A stretch of DNA of 64,000 nucleotides from Neocallimastix sp. 'constans' (taxonomy: Eukaryota), in the NCBI GenBank assembly GCA_050613775.1, contig JBODTK010000101.1:248001-312000 (forward strand), read 5' to 3'. The stretch's first letter is position 1. Each line of letters starts with the position of its first letter. Positions 36,275 to 51,189 of this stretch are shown piece after piece. The notes under the pieces were generated by a model. It was not told where the DNA came from. It worked only from the letters and a program-made list of their open reading frames with translations, and ran no database searches. The position numbers and the translations under genes were made by a program.

Positions 36275-38254
36275 TAAATTCAAATAATATTTAAAAAATC
36301 TACTACAGTTTTATTACATATATATTCCATAGTACAAAAACTTTATTTATCATTTTTTCATTTTTTAAAAATATTATTATATGATTTGATTAATTATAAG
36401 AATTATCATTAATATATTTAAATTGATTTTTTTAATATTATATAAATTAAAATGAATGAATTAAAAATACCGATTATTAAATTTAGAAGAATTAGGAAAA
36501 TATTTAATTTGTATATAACTTATTATCATAATTATTTTTTATATAAATTTTTGAAATAAATAATGAATAAATATTTTTATTTTATTTAATTTTCTTTATA
36601 TTTACTTTTTTTTTTTTTTTTCTATATTTTATTTATTTTATTATATTTTACTAAAATCATTTTAATATTATATTTATTATTTTATTTGTAGATATTAATT
36701 ATTTTTTTATGATTAATGATATATAGATGTATATTATTTATTTAATTATATATTATAAAATAATTATATATAAGTTTATGTGCTATATTCTTTTATTATT
36801 ATTTTTTTATTATTATTTTTCCTTTTTTTTTTTTTTTTTTTTGATATAATTTATAATAATAAATTATTTACTAGCATTAATGTTAGTATTTGAATATATT
36901 GTTTAAAAATAGTAACATATTCATTATGTTTTAAATTTCCATAAACATTAATAAAAATATTTTTATAAATCGAATCATTTTTTATTTGTATAATATTACT
37001 ATTTCTCAATATTACTATTTCTCATTATTTATATATTTATTTTTTTTTATATTTTTTCGAAAAATAAAAATTCCTATAATATCCTTTAATCAAACTTTAT
37101 GATTAATAGCATTTTAAAAATCTAAACCTTTGTAAATAATTAAAAGATTTAAAATTAATATATAGGAAATTACTTTAATATCTATTATTAAAAGAAATTT
37201 AGCCTTTTAGAATTATTTAAAGTGTATGAATAAATTTTTCTTATAAGAAATTAATATTTAATATAGTTATTATAATTATTTAAGATTTCTCATTTAACTT
37301 TTTTCTATAAAAACTTTAAATAATAATATAAATTTTTACAAAAAAAAAATTTTTTTTAATGAAAAAAAAAATTTTTTTAATGAAATTTTTATATGAAAAA
37401 AATTTTAAATGAAATACTTTTAATAGAGATAGAATAAGTAGAAATAGTGTTTTGAATTTGATAATAATAGAAATAATAGTGATAATAGTAATAATAATTT
37501 ATTAAAAATATATACCATTTAATAAATATTCCTTTTTATATATATTATTTTATTTCTTGTTATTCATATATATATTTTTTATTCTATTAAATTTTGGTAT
37601 AATAATTATTTGTATTTGTAATTTCGATATATTTTATGTCATACTTAATAAAAAATAAAAAATACATGATATATATTATTATTCAATAAAATAGTTATAT
37701 ATTATAAATTTATATATATATATATATATATAGATTTTTATTAGAATTAGAAAATCAGAAAAGAAAAAGAAAAAATTTAAAAAACACCGAGGACACTTAA
37801 GAAAAAATAAAAAAAAATTTTTTATTAAAAAAAAAAAAATCAAAAATTTTTAGATTAAAAAATATTAATCTATTCTATATTAAATATTTAATTGTTATTT
37901 TATATAATATTTATAAAAAAACAAGAAAAAATTATTAATATTGATAATTTTTTGTTAAACAATTAATATTACTGTTTGACATTTCCGAGAATTATAAAAG
38001 AAGTCATCATAAAATTAATAAATAAATTTGTTATTATTATAGCAAAAAATTAAATAAATTAATTATAACTTTTGAATATTCTATGAATATATAAAAATTC
38101 TTGAAGTTATAAATTCATTTTAAAGATACTATTTTCACTGTGTAGATAAGAAAATTTAAAAGCAAAATAAAAAAATAAAATAAAAAAAAATATAAAAATA
38201 TTAAATAAAAAAATTAGATTAATAATAATAACTTTTAAATTGTATTAAAGAAAA

Positions 38255-39735
38255 ATGGGAAGAAAGAAGATCGCTATTAAGAAGATCACTGATGAAAGAA
38301 ATAGACAAGTCAGTAAAAAAAAAATTTAAATAAAGATATATGAAAGTTTTATGTTTTATTTTATAAAAAATTGTAATAATCAAAATTTTATTTTATTATA
38401 ATATTTAAAAGGTTACTTTCTCAAAAAGAAAATTTGGTTTAATGAAAAAAGCATATGAATTATCTGTATTATGTGGATGTGAAGTCGGACTTATTATGTT
38501 TACTGGTATATATTTATTATCACCTAAATATTAAAACATAAAAAAATCTTGATTTATTAATTTTGAAAATAATATGTGTTTAATTTAATTGTAAATAATG
38601 CAGCAAACAATAAACTGTTCCAATATGCCTCATCAGATATTGACAGAATTTTATTAAGATACACAGAATATAATGAGCCACATGAAAGTAGGACAAATGA
38701 TGATATTATGAAAGTTAGTTTTTTTTATAATTATCTATTAATAAATTAAACAAAAATAGTGAAAAAATATATATATTTCTAATAAAATTTTAATTTCATT
38801 ATTAGTTATTAAATAAAGGAAATAATCCAGGAGAAGAGTCAGATGACAGTAGTGATAAATTAAATTCACCAAATAATCCAAATCAAGTAGGAATGACAGG
38901 TCAAACCCCAGCTCCATTGCATTGTCATCCAGGAGCAACGAACGTTAATCAAAATAATAATCAAACAAATCAGACCCATTTAATAACCCCAACTTCAGCT
39001 ATACCACTTAACATTTCAATTGCATCCCAATTTCCTAATATTAATCAAGGAACAACTACAACTCCTGGTAATATGAGCATGAATAATAATCATAATATTA
39101 ATGGAAATACTCCAAATGGAGTTCATAGATTAACAGTAAATACAAATCATCCTGGCCCAAATCAAAATTTATTAAATAGTGGAAATAGCAGTACTCCCCA
39201 TCCATCAACATCACAAATAAGTGGACCAATTAGTAACCAACTAAATAATCAATTGGGTAGTTCTGATGTAGCAAATCCAAATGTTGAAGGTCATCGATTT
39301 GGTAGAATATCTTCTGATTTCGATAATTATGTTTCCCGCATAGGGCTAAGTACCCCACATTATTCAATGAATGTAAATATTATTAATAATTATATTAATT
39401 TTAATATTGTTATTTAAAAAGTTTGTCTATATTTTTTAATAAAATAATTTCAGAAATATAATTATAACCTTTAATGATTACTAATTTTTTGTATTAATAT
39501 TTTTATCAAAATTAAATTTAAATAGCCGATGATGCCTCAACAAACAGCACCAACATCGCAATGGATGATTCAAGGAGGTGGCGTACAAGGCATAGGTATT
39601 TCACCAATGGATATGATACCTATATCTAATAAATATGATGCTAATTCACCAATATCGCCACCACAAGGACCACGATATGATCAATCTCCAATTCAATTTG
39701 AACATCCTGGAACAGATACATTTCAACGAGTGTAA
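38255..39735 (+). CDS. MEF2-type MADS-box transcription factor (RLM1/SMP1-like), five exons
   Basis: Spliced N-terminus [84 protein letters not shown], then an N/P/Q-rich tail. Confidence 0.93.
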
Positions 39736-40187
39736 AACTCTTAAAAATACATAAAAAAAATATAAAAATTTATCAAATTTAAAAATATATAATAACAATA
39801 AGAAAATAAAAATTATATATTCAATCAATAATTGTAATGCATTAATCCGCTAAATAAATAATATCATAATATCATAATCAATATAATTTATTATACTCCA
39901 AAGGCAAGACAAAAAAGAAAAAAACTAATAATTTTCATTATAATAAATTATTAATAGTTATTATTTATTAATTTGCTATTGTTATCATTATTTTAATATA
40001 TTAAAATTAAATTTTTATTAATGGAAAAAAAATATCTAATGATTTTTCCGATACTTTTTTATTCATTAGTTTTATAATATTTAAAGTTTTTATTTATACT
40101 GAAATATTATTTAATTGTATTTATATTATACCATTAAAATTTTATATTAAAACAACTTAATCAGATATTTATTTATTAAATAAAATT

Positions 40188-40227
<40 letters not shown>

Positions 40228-40629
40228 GAAAAATAGAAAATTAAATTTTATGTATACTATTTTATTATATTTTTGATATTTATCATGTATTATTATTTAT
40301 TTTTATTTGCTTCTCTATTCAAGCTATATTTTTCTTGGATATAAAAAAAAAATAATTTAATATATTATATATATACTTAATTTATTTTATAAAAGTTATA
40401 TATATAATAATAAATAGAAAAAAAAAAATATAAAAATAAATATTTACTCACAAACAAATATAAAAATATTTAAATAATAGTTTTGTATAATTTTATTTTA
40501 TCATATTCAATTTCTAATTTATATTTAAAACTTTAATATTTATTTTAATTTATTTTAACTTTTTTTTATATGCAAAATTATTAAATTTGTAAGTATGGTA
40601 TAATATAAAGAAAATTAATAATATAGTAT

Positions 40630-41031
40630 ATTACCTAACCAACACTGTATCAGTAATTAGTAGTATTTAATCTTTTATTGAAATAATAAAAAAAACCTTT
40701 CCAACCAAGAACCAAGAGAGTCAATACAATAAATAAGAATTTCTATTACTAGTCCATCTAATTCATATAATACAAAAAGTAATAGTTGTTCTTCGTTCAA
40801 CTAATCCATCAAATTTTATATTTTGATAATATTTCTCTGAGTTTTAAGAGAATACTTAGTGGGCACCACATAATTTTTTCTTTATAGATGTTACTTCTTT
40901 GTTTCTTTGTTTCATTTAATAATTTTTATTACTATTATCATTATTACACATTTTTATATACATATTTTATACTTAATAAATATAATAATGAAAGTCTATT
41001 CTCTTCATATTCCAAAAAAAAAAAAAAAAAA
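40630..41031 (+). mobile_element. Degenerate LINE 3' fragment related to 16500-17070
   Basis: Shared blocks (attagtag; ccaagag; tttctctg; ttagtgg.cac; agatgttacttctttgttt) and a tattctct..-poly(A) end. Confidence 0.65.
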
Positions 41032-42548
41032 TAAATAAATAAATAAAGTAATACTATTCATTTATTAAATTAATATTAGTATTAATTAAAAATTTTTAAA
41101 TATGAAAGCATAATCAAAAGTGGTAATACCTTGAATCATTTGTTAATTTTTATAATTAATGCTTCAAATGATATGGATGGCGATTCTATGTTTGAATCGG
41201 TTTTTCTTTCAGACTTTTTTCAAAAATGTAATACTTGATGATGAACATACTATATCAGAAACCTATATTTTTTTATTAACATTATTAGACGTATTTTTTT
41301 TTTTTTTTTTTTTTTTTTTGGTGTTTATCTTTTAATTTTATTATTAATAAATTTTTTATAATTTATGAGCCACAGATTTAAATTACTATGTTGTTTTTAA
41401 ATCGTTAAAATTTCGTAAAAATCTAATATAGTAAATAAAATTTCACATAAAAAAAAAAAAAAAAAACATACAAAAAGACACAATTACATATATATATATA
41501 TATATATATATTAAAATTAAATAAAATAAATAAAAAAAATATCGAAATAATTATAATTATTTAATTTTTCATTAAACATATATATATTTTTAAAATAAAT
41601 ATTAATATTCAATATTTTATAATTCAAAATTTGAATTATCAAATTTAGCATAAATTTCCTAGAATAAATATGATGTTTAAAATTAGAAAATAAAAATAAT
41701 TAATAAAATATTTATATGAAAATATTAATAAAATCTTCTTTTTTTGTTTGTTAAATGCATATTTGTGGCAAAACTCTTCAATTCTAATTTTTGTTGTATA
41801 TTGTTTCAAATTACAATTTTGTTAATAATATTTTTTCTGAAGGTCCCATTAGGTAATATATTTTTTCATTATCTTTTTTTTTAAAACCCAAATTTAATAT
41901 TATGTCTTTTATACTTAATTTTTAATATTAATTACAATAAACATCAAACATCAAATTATTTATTATTATATTAATATTTTAAAAGAATTCATTAGTACAA
42001 ATAACTTTAAATAACGTTGTTAATTTAAAATTTATTACTGTATAATCTTTATACATTTTTTCTAAACCAATCAGAAATAAAGTTTTATAATTTTTAAATA
42101 CAATGTAATTTAAATTCTATTTAATGTAATATAAATTTTTTAAAAATTTAAATTTAAATTAAAATTTATTTTAAATAAATATGAAATAATTGATAATAAT
42201 TATTTCTGAATAATTAAAAAAGATAAACAAATATAAAGAGAATAGTTATTTATTTTAATAGTTAAATTTAAAATGATTATTTTAATTTAATAAGTGAAAC
42301 AGAACTAAATAATATTAACATATTAACTACTTTTTTTTTTCTTTTTTTTTCAAATATCTAATATATATATATATAATTGTTTTATTATAAATAAAAAACA
42401 ATTTACAAGGTATTATATATAATGTAAAATAATATATAATTTAAAATTATGATGTATTTGATAAATGTTAAAATTAATAAATAGTTGTAATGAATATATA
42501 TATTATTAAACAAATTTAGATAAATTATTATTTATTATATATAAAAAA

Positions 42549-45360
42549 ATGGAATCTTTATTAGATTTACCAATTCCCATTATTGAATATATTTTCACAT
42601 GGTTGGAACATCCAGAGGAATTATTCTTAACTTGCTCAACATTGTATAAAGTATTCTCTTCAAATCATGTTCAATTAAATTGGCTTCTTAATTATTTTTC
42701 AAATGCTTCAGATTCTTCTATGAATACTTTTGATATTCTTCATAAAGAACTAAAAAACTCATATACATACAATCCAATGTCACCTTCTATAACAGCAGCA
42801 ATAGTTAATTCAAATGATGATAAATTAACAAAAGTATCAATATTTCCATTTAATATTTTAATACGAAATCCGACATTAACAGCCCTTTTTATAAACAATG
42901 CATTACATATGTGTATACCATTTATTGATGATTATATTAGTGAAATAAGAAGAAGCTCATCAGAAGATAATTTATTATTGTCAAATTTACAAGGTAATAA
43001 TTCAGAACAAGAAAAAATAATTACACCAACATCTTCAATAATTACTAATAGTAAGGAAAACAAAATAAGAGAATATTTAAATCAAGCCGCAAATTCTCAC
43101 TCAAAACAAATACAAATTATTCAAATTATATGGCTTTTATCAACATATTTATCGTGGGATAATGTTTTAAATTCAATTATTGATTATGTAAAATATGCTT
43201 TTCCTGAATGGATAAATATTTGTATTGAAATATCTCTTGGATTATATCAACTTTTACCAACCGAACCTATTACTGTTTTATTAAATAATATCCCTTCAAT
43301 AAATAATAATGATTATTCATCAGTTATTCAATTGTTAATTAATAAAGATTTATTAGAACCAAATGCGAAGAATTTAAAATTATTCCTTTCTTCTTTGAAA
43401 AAAGGAAATAGAGAAAAGGAAATTATTTTAGTTTATAATCATTGGTTTTATTCAGAAAAAGAACTTAGTGATATGGAAAATATTAATAATAATAAATATA
43501 ATTTTACAATTGATAATATTCATCAGGTGTTAATGTCAGCAACACAAAGTGGTTCCGAAAGATTAGTTAAAATGATATTAGAATCAAAGATTACCAATAC
43601 TTCTGAATCTATTAATATAGCTTCAAGAGAAGGCTATTTATCTATATTGAAGCTTTTAATAAGTAAATATATACAAAACTTTTTATTATAAATTTATTTA
43701 ATTTTAAAAAAACTATTTATATAATATTTAATTCATTTATATAATTTCAACAATAATTTATTAAAGATTATGAGAAAGTAAATATTCAAAATATGCCAAT
43801 AAGTAAAAATTTTAGTGAATTAATGAAGTCTAATCCAAGACATCCATTAATAATAGCATTAACAAAAGCAATAGAAAATGCTTCATGGAGAAATTTCCCA
43901 TCCATCGTTGAGTAATTTTAAATAAATTATTATTTAAATATATATAATCTTTGTTTGGAAAATAGGATATTTTATTTAAATATTATATAATCATATTATT
44001 AATATTATGTATTTTATTATATATAATTTATTAAAAATTAGATATTTATTTGAGCAGATACCAGATTATTATTTCGAAAATGATAGTTTACTATATCACA
44101 AAGCGAAAATACCCGATTCAATGGATTTCTTTATTCTTTTATTAAAAAGAAGATCTAAATACTTATTAGAAAATCCAGATAAATTGGAAAGATATAGTAT
44201 ACCTGAACCAAGTGATGCAAGAATCAATCAGCCGCAACGTTTATTACCATTCCAAGCTCGTTATATTAATCCTGTCGATCCATGGGCCAGAATTTTAATT
44301 AACTTTTATGCTGTTCATCCTGTAGATACATCATTAAATGAAGGAAAAATAGCAGAAGATTTAAGAAATGTTCTAGAAACAAATTCAATACCAATTCATG
44401 CTTTGTTAATTTGTGAACATTTTGGATTTGATTCTCATTATAATAATGATTCATTATTAAAATATCATAGTAAACAAATTAATGCATTTGAAGAAAATTT
44501 GGTTGAAAAATTCCCTAGAAATGGATTTAATAATTATTCTAATTTATTAGCAAATAATGCCTCTTCAAGTAAGAATATTCAAGAATCTATTGCTATTACA
44601 GTTCATTTAATTAATCAGAATAATGCAAAACTGTTGGATAATAAATTTTTATATAGTCTTGCAAAACAAACTGCATTTAATGAAATTGAAACAATTCTTC
44701 AAAAGGTTCATTTCAGTGAAGATGTTCTTAATAATACTTTATCAATTTGTTGTATAACAGAATTAAATACAAAGATTATTATGGAACTTTTAAAATCCGG
44801 AGCAACTGCTTATGCTTTCAAAGAACCATTTAATTATTATTCAAGACATGGTAATGTAAATCATATTATCCGTTTATTAGGTATTATTAAAGAATATTAT
44901 TGTTCGGAAAATCCAAATAAAATAATGGCTTCATCATCATCATCATCATCATCTTCTTCTTCATTATCTCCAATCCCTTCACCAATTCCAATGGATAATG
45001 AAAATCTTCATATTTATCAAGATCAGTTATGTGAATGTTATGATTCAAAACAAATGCTTGAAATTGCCTCTGAAAATGGTCATTTAGAAGTTGTTAAATT
45101 TTTAGTGGAAGGAAGTAAATACTTAATGATTGATGGTATTAATGTTAGTCAAGAAAATAAAGCATTACCATTAGCAGTTAGTCAAAAGAAATGGAATGTG
45201 GCTAATTACTTAATGGATAATAATGCTTATCCTAAAGCATTATATCAAGAAATTATTAATCATAATAAAGAAAATGAAATTCCTATTAAAGATGTAAGTA
45301 AAAATGAAAAATACAAATTTTAGTATGATTAAATAGTAATTATGATAATAAAACTTTAAC

Positions 45361-45393
<33 letters not shown>

Positions 45394-45832
45394 TAATATT
45401 AATAATTATTAATAATTATTAATAATAATAATAATAATTAATATTAATAATTATTAATAATTATTAATAATAATAATAATAATTGAAATAATGATAATAA
45501 TTAATAATAAAATCAATTAATATAATAATAATTCAAAATAATTTTTATTTTAGAAAAACGTTCAAAAATTAGAGACTCCAAATGTATCTAGTATATCAGA
45601 ACTAAGTAAAGTGGCGCTTCCCTCTTCACTCTTTTCTAGAGATTCTGTTGTAAAATGTAGAAGAAAAGATGGTAAATCTCGGTATAGGAAAACAGGACCA
45701 GATTTAGCAAAAGCATATCTTGATGAAGATATAAGTGGTATACCAAAAAGGTTAAATGAAACTCATGAAACTATTAATCCTGCAAAAGATTTTTATTTGG
45801 TTCCTACTACCTTTCCAAAAAATTCATTTTAA
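42549..45832 (+). CDS. Ankyrin-repeat protein with F-box-like N-terminus, about four exons
   Basis: LLDLPIPIIEYIF..LTCS.L N-terminus; ankyrin motifs IASREGYLSILKLLI, IASENGHLEVVKFLVE, LAVSQKKWNVANYLM; GT-AG introns link the ORFs. Confidence 0.75.
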
Positions 45833-45871
45833 ATTAATTAAATTATTCTAAAAGTAGTAGATTAAAAAAAA

Positions 45872-45910
<39 letters not shown>

Positions 45911-46780
45911 TATAATAGAATATTGAATAAAAATAATAATTATTAAATATTAAATAATAATAATTATTATCATTAAATAATTAAAATATTAATATTAATT
46001 AAATATTAAATAATAATTATTATTATTAAATAAATAAAAATATTAATATTAATTAAATATTAAAAAATAATATAAATAATTTAAATATTAATATTAGTAA
46101 TAAAGATAAGATGGTATAAATAAAAGAAAAGATATTAAAAAAAAAAATGAAGAAATAAACCATAAATTATTGAAATAAATAGAAAAATAAAATCAAGATT
46201 AAAATACTTTAATTAGAAATAAGTATCATCAATATTTTTAATTTTTTTTTTTTTTTTTTTTTTAGAAAATAAGTGTTTATGTTTATTCATATTTTATTTA
46301 ATAATGAAATTATATATTTTTTGAACAAATTAATATTAAAATTTAATATTAATAACTTAAATTTGTTACATCTTAGTATAACATAATAAATAATAAAAAT
46401 TTTTATTATAACCATAGATTAATAATATATTTATCAGGTATATTTTTAAGAATATTTTTTAAAAAAACTATTATAATTAATATAATATATCAGGTATATT
46501 TAATTAAGAAATTATTGAATAATATTAATCTTTAAAATGATTGTTATCACTTTTTTTTTTTATTCAATAAAAATTTAAAAATAATCATTTTATATATATA
46601 TATATATTAATTATATATATATAAATTTATTAATTGTTAGATTTGGATTAATTATATTATTAATATAAATAAATAAATTTTATTATAATAAATTAATAAT
46701 TTATTATATTTGCTAAATTTATTTAAAATATATAAATTATATATAGAAATTTATTAAAATTTAGAAAAAAGTTTTGTATA

Positions 46781-46812
<32 letters not shown>

Positions 46813-47249
46813 TTTGGTATCCATTTTTAACATTAAAAAAACGTTAAAAGTGAAATATTTACGATTAATTAATTTGAAGTAAAAAAAAATTTTACATTAG
46901 AAAGAGCAAATGTGATTAAATAAATTTAAGTTCTTTTATATTAAATTTAGGTGGTACAATATAGTAAGATAGTTATAATTTCACGTGAAGGCTAAAAGAT
47001 GAGGGTGAAATGAGAATTACACTTGATAAACCAGATATATATCATATAAAAAATATAGAAATAGTAGTAGTAGTCATGGTGAAAAATGTTATCTAATACT
47101 AATTAATAATTATTGTATTCAAGATAATTATAATTTTAGTACGGTAAATTATATTGTTGAATTTTTTAATTATAATGACAAAATAGATTATATAATTGAT
47201 TATATCTAAATAATATAATTTTAGATATTTAATGGAATATGTACAAATT

Positions 47250-47560
47250 TTAAATTTATAATTAACATATTGTATTTCCATAAATTGCACTACTGATTCA
47301 AAATGTTTATATAATAAATATTATAAAAAAATATTGCATGTACAGCACATTGAGATGATATCTATAAACAATCTACATCATTTTAATCGGAAGTTTATAT
47401 ATATATTGTGGCAAAGCATATAGTGATCCATGTAATAATAATGATGAATGTTATTCTAAAAATAGTACAAACAATGAATGTCAATTTCAAAATAACGGCT
47501 CTTCAGATTCTGATAGTGTAGAGGGAATTATAATAATAGCCTATTTTTTAACATTTTTTT
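47250..47560 (+). pseudogene. Frameshifted relic of a Cys-rich, membrane-anchored small-protein gene
   Basis: Fragments TYCISINCTTDSKCLYNK and YIYCGKAYSDPCNNNDECYSKN...ECQFQNNGSSDSDSVEGIIIIAYFLTF in different frames. Confidence 0.55.
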
Positions 47561-47599
<39 letters not shown>

Positions 47600-47800
47600 T
47601 TTGTTAGTATTATTTTGTTATTACAAAAATAAAAATAAAATAAATAATATATAATAAGCTATTATTATTATTTTTATTTTTTAATTTTTCAAAAAATAAC
47701 TATTAAATTATAACTATTTTTTATCAATAGTATCCAAAATATTCTTTTAATGATTATTATAGTTTTTAAAAATAAATAATATTAAATTATATTCTAAATG

Positions 47801-48192
47801 TGTTATATTATTATATTATAACTATTAAATCTACATTTATTTAATATAAATTAAAAATAATATTTAAAAAATATAACAAAATATACAATTCAAATATTTA
47901 GCTATTGATATAACTTTTTGATAATTAATCAAACTATAGTTATTTATCTAACAATAGTTTGGTTTATTAAGTTTAGTTTCAGTTTATTGTATATAATGGT
48001 TTTATTTGATTTATAAGTTTAAAATATAGTTAGATTGTTAGGATAAATATTGAATTAATAGTAAGATATGATTAGTGAGTTTATGATATTAGTTAGATAT
48101 TGAGTAAGTTTTGATAAGTTCAATAATTTATAGATTATATTGAGTAATTTATACAAATTACAATTCAAAATTAATTTTTACAATACGTAACA
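47801..48192. mobile_element. Candidate solo LTR
   Basis: TGTTATATT...AATACGTAACA terminal inverted ends and a G/T-skewed interior; flanks AAATG/TAGTG match only partly. Confidence 0.35.
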
Positions 48193-48368
48193 TAGTGTTT
48201 AAGAATGCAGTATTATCTATTTTGTAACATCACATTACATAAAATACTTTAATAGTATATATGAACATAATAATTAATATTCTATTATTTATTAACCATT
48301 AATAATAATATATTTATATATATATAGCAAATTATAAAATACAGAAAGATAACAACAACAACAACAAC

Positions 48369-48400
<32 letters not shown>

Positions 48401-48679
48401 TTATGAATTATTAATTTTATTCCTATATTTCAAATTTTTATATTTTGATAAAGTTAAATGATATACTTCTTTTAAAAAGATTATTATTTGATGATTAATT
48501 ATATAATTAATAATAAATAAAAAATTTAAAAAGAAGTAAAAAATGAAATATATAGACTATGAATATATACAATATATATATATTAATTTTTTAAATCATT
48601 TATATTAATTTATAAACATTATAGTAAATCAGTATAAATTATATTTATTAATATTATATTTTAACTATTAAAGGGTATT

Positions 48680-48710
<31 letters not shown>

Positions 48711-48719
48711 TTATTATTA

Positions 48720-48751
<32 letters not shown>

Positions 48752-49309
48752 AAAGATAAAACATAAAAAGATAATAGTCTAACACATATTCTAGATTGCA
48801 TTATTAAACAATATTTTTAATTTTTAAATGAACTTATAATATTAAATATATTAAAAAAAAAGTATATAATAATATATATATATTTATTATATATTAACTA
48901 ATAACTCTCTTTTTATTAATTTATTATTATTATAATTATATATGACAAGAGAATTATCATTACTTTAAAAATTTATAAAATAATATAAGATTAATAATAA
49001 ATTTATTTTATTACGTCCTTATTGTTATTTCAAATAAAATATTAATTAAGACAATTAATTAAGAAAAAATTAATACTTAAATGAATTTAAAATAAGAATA
49101 TAAATATTATATATATATAATACTATTTAATTTCAACCTTTTCTCATATTTATATAAAAAATGTATTTTTAAGGTTTTTTATTTTATTATTATTGTTACT
49201 ACTATTATTTATTCTTCTATTTTTTTTTCTTTTTTTTTGTATTTATTTATAATAACAACAAATACTTTTAATTAGTATTTTACGAAAAATAATTTAATTC
49301 ATTGTTTTT

Positions 49310-49834
49310 TTAATATTTTTTACTAGAGTTAGACTTCTTTCTACCTTTCGAATCATTATCAGGGACAGTAATAATAAAGTCAGTACTTGAGGAATTATAA
49401 TTATAATCTATACTGTCCTCTTGTGAAATGGCCGGTTCTTTTAATTTTGCTTCTTTTAATTCATCCATACCATAGCTATTAAGATTACTATTACTAATAT
49501 TTGTCATACTACCTTCCTTATTTTTTTTTTCTAATTTTTTTTTCATTTTTTTTTGTTTCCTCTTTTCAATATATTTTGGTCTTAAACATACGAGAGTATG
49601 AATAAAGCATACTAATACAAGCATACCACCTAAAGAACAAAGAAATACCATTAATTTTAATTTGAAATGATCTTCTTTTTTTTTTTTAACATATTCAATT
49701 TCAATAGATCCATATGTGGTATCTATATTTGATTTTACTGTTTCATTATTTCTTGGTTCAATGTGTGATAATGTTTTTGAAATTATTAAAAATAAATAAA
49801 TAAAAATATTGAAATAATGTTTATTATTTATCAT
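49310..49834 (-). CDS. Small predicted single-pass membrane protein
   Basis: Hydrophobic N-terminal signal-like stretch, TM segment LMVFLCSLGGMLVLVCFIHTLVCL, then a Lys-rich cytosolic tail; first ATG at 49834. Confidence 0.65.
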   Translation of the reverse strand: MINNKHYFNIFIYLFLIISKTLSHIEPRNNETVKSNIDTTYGSIEIEYVKKKKEDHFKLKLMVFLCSLGGMLVLVCFIHTLVCLRPKYIEKRKQKKMKKKLEKKNKEGSMTNISNSNLNSYGMDELKEAKLKEPAISQEDSIDYNYNSSSTDFIITVPDNDSKGRKKSNSSKKY

Positions 49835-50297
49835 TTTGAGCAATTTATTTTTCTTTTATTATGTATTTTTTTTTTTTTTTTTTTTTTTTGCTTTGTTTTT
49901 GTTTGGTTTATTTTGTTATGTTATGTTTTGTTTTGTTTTTTTTAATGAATTTCAATATTAATTTTTTAAAAATAATTAGATTATTTATAAAATCCAATAA
50001 ATTTATTATATAAAAAATATTATTAAAAATAAAATACTGATGTATTTAGTTCAAAATATACAAGTTTTATTTTAGAATAAATATATATATATATATAATA
50101 CCTTACTATAATATTTACAATAATTATTAATAAAAAATATAAAAATATAATATAATGAAATAAAATACTTTATTTTTGTGAAAATTAATTAATACATATT
50201 ATACAATATCAATAATTAAAAAATAAAAAATAATAGTAATCATTTCATTAATAATTTTTTTAATGTTATTATTTTTTATTATAATATTAAATATCTT

Positions 50298-50336
<39 letters not shown>

Positions 50337-50811
50337 TTAATTATTATTTAGGATTTAATGTATAATCCAATTTTATATAATTTAGTTTATTATCTAATTG
50401 AATTGAATATATATCACTCATATATTATTTAATTTAATTTTTTTCCTGTTTTTTATTTTATTTTTATTTCTATTTATAGTTTAGAGTTTATTATAATAAT
50501 ATTATATTTATTACAATAAATTATTTGTATAATAAATTAAATATTAATTCATACATAATAGTAATTATTTATGATACTTTAAAAATATATTTTTTTCTGT
50601 AAAGTGATATATTTTTAATAATAATGAACATTCAACAATAATTTATTTAGATGTTTATTTTTTTTAATACCTTTTATAGAGAATATTAATAAAAAAAAAA
50701 AAAAATTAAAAATAAAAAGTCAATATTAATTCAAATATAATTTCTTTAATAATATAATAATAATAATAATAATAAAAAGTTTAATATTATTAAATTATAT
50801 AAAAGAGCGAC

Positions 50812-50846
<35 letters not shown>

Positions 50847-51189
50847 ATAAAAATATTATATATATATATTTATTTATTAAATTGAATTTAATAAAATAAA
50901 ATAATAGATTTTGATTTATACAACATTATATTTTATCAAATTAAATTTATAAAAATTAAGATTTTTATATTTTATTTTTTATATATTAATATTATAATAA
51001 TTAAAAAAATTTATATTAAATATAGGTAAAGTAGGTATAAAATTTAAATCACGATAATAACATTTGTATATTCTGTATAAAATATTATAATAAATATACA
51101 TATATATATATATTTTATTTTCCCTATTTCATATATATATATAAATATAAATGAAAATAATAATAAATTCTTTAAAATTTATTTTTGTA

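Noticed and set aside
41100..41270. Coding-like island
   Set aside because: Short, stop-bounded and with no recognisable motif on either strand.
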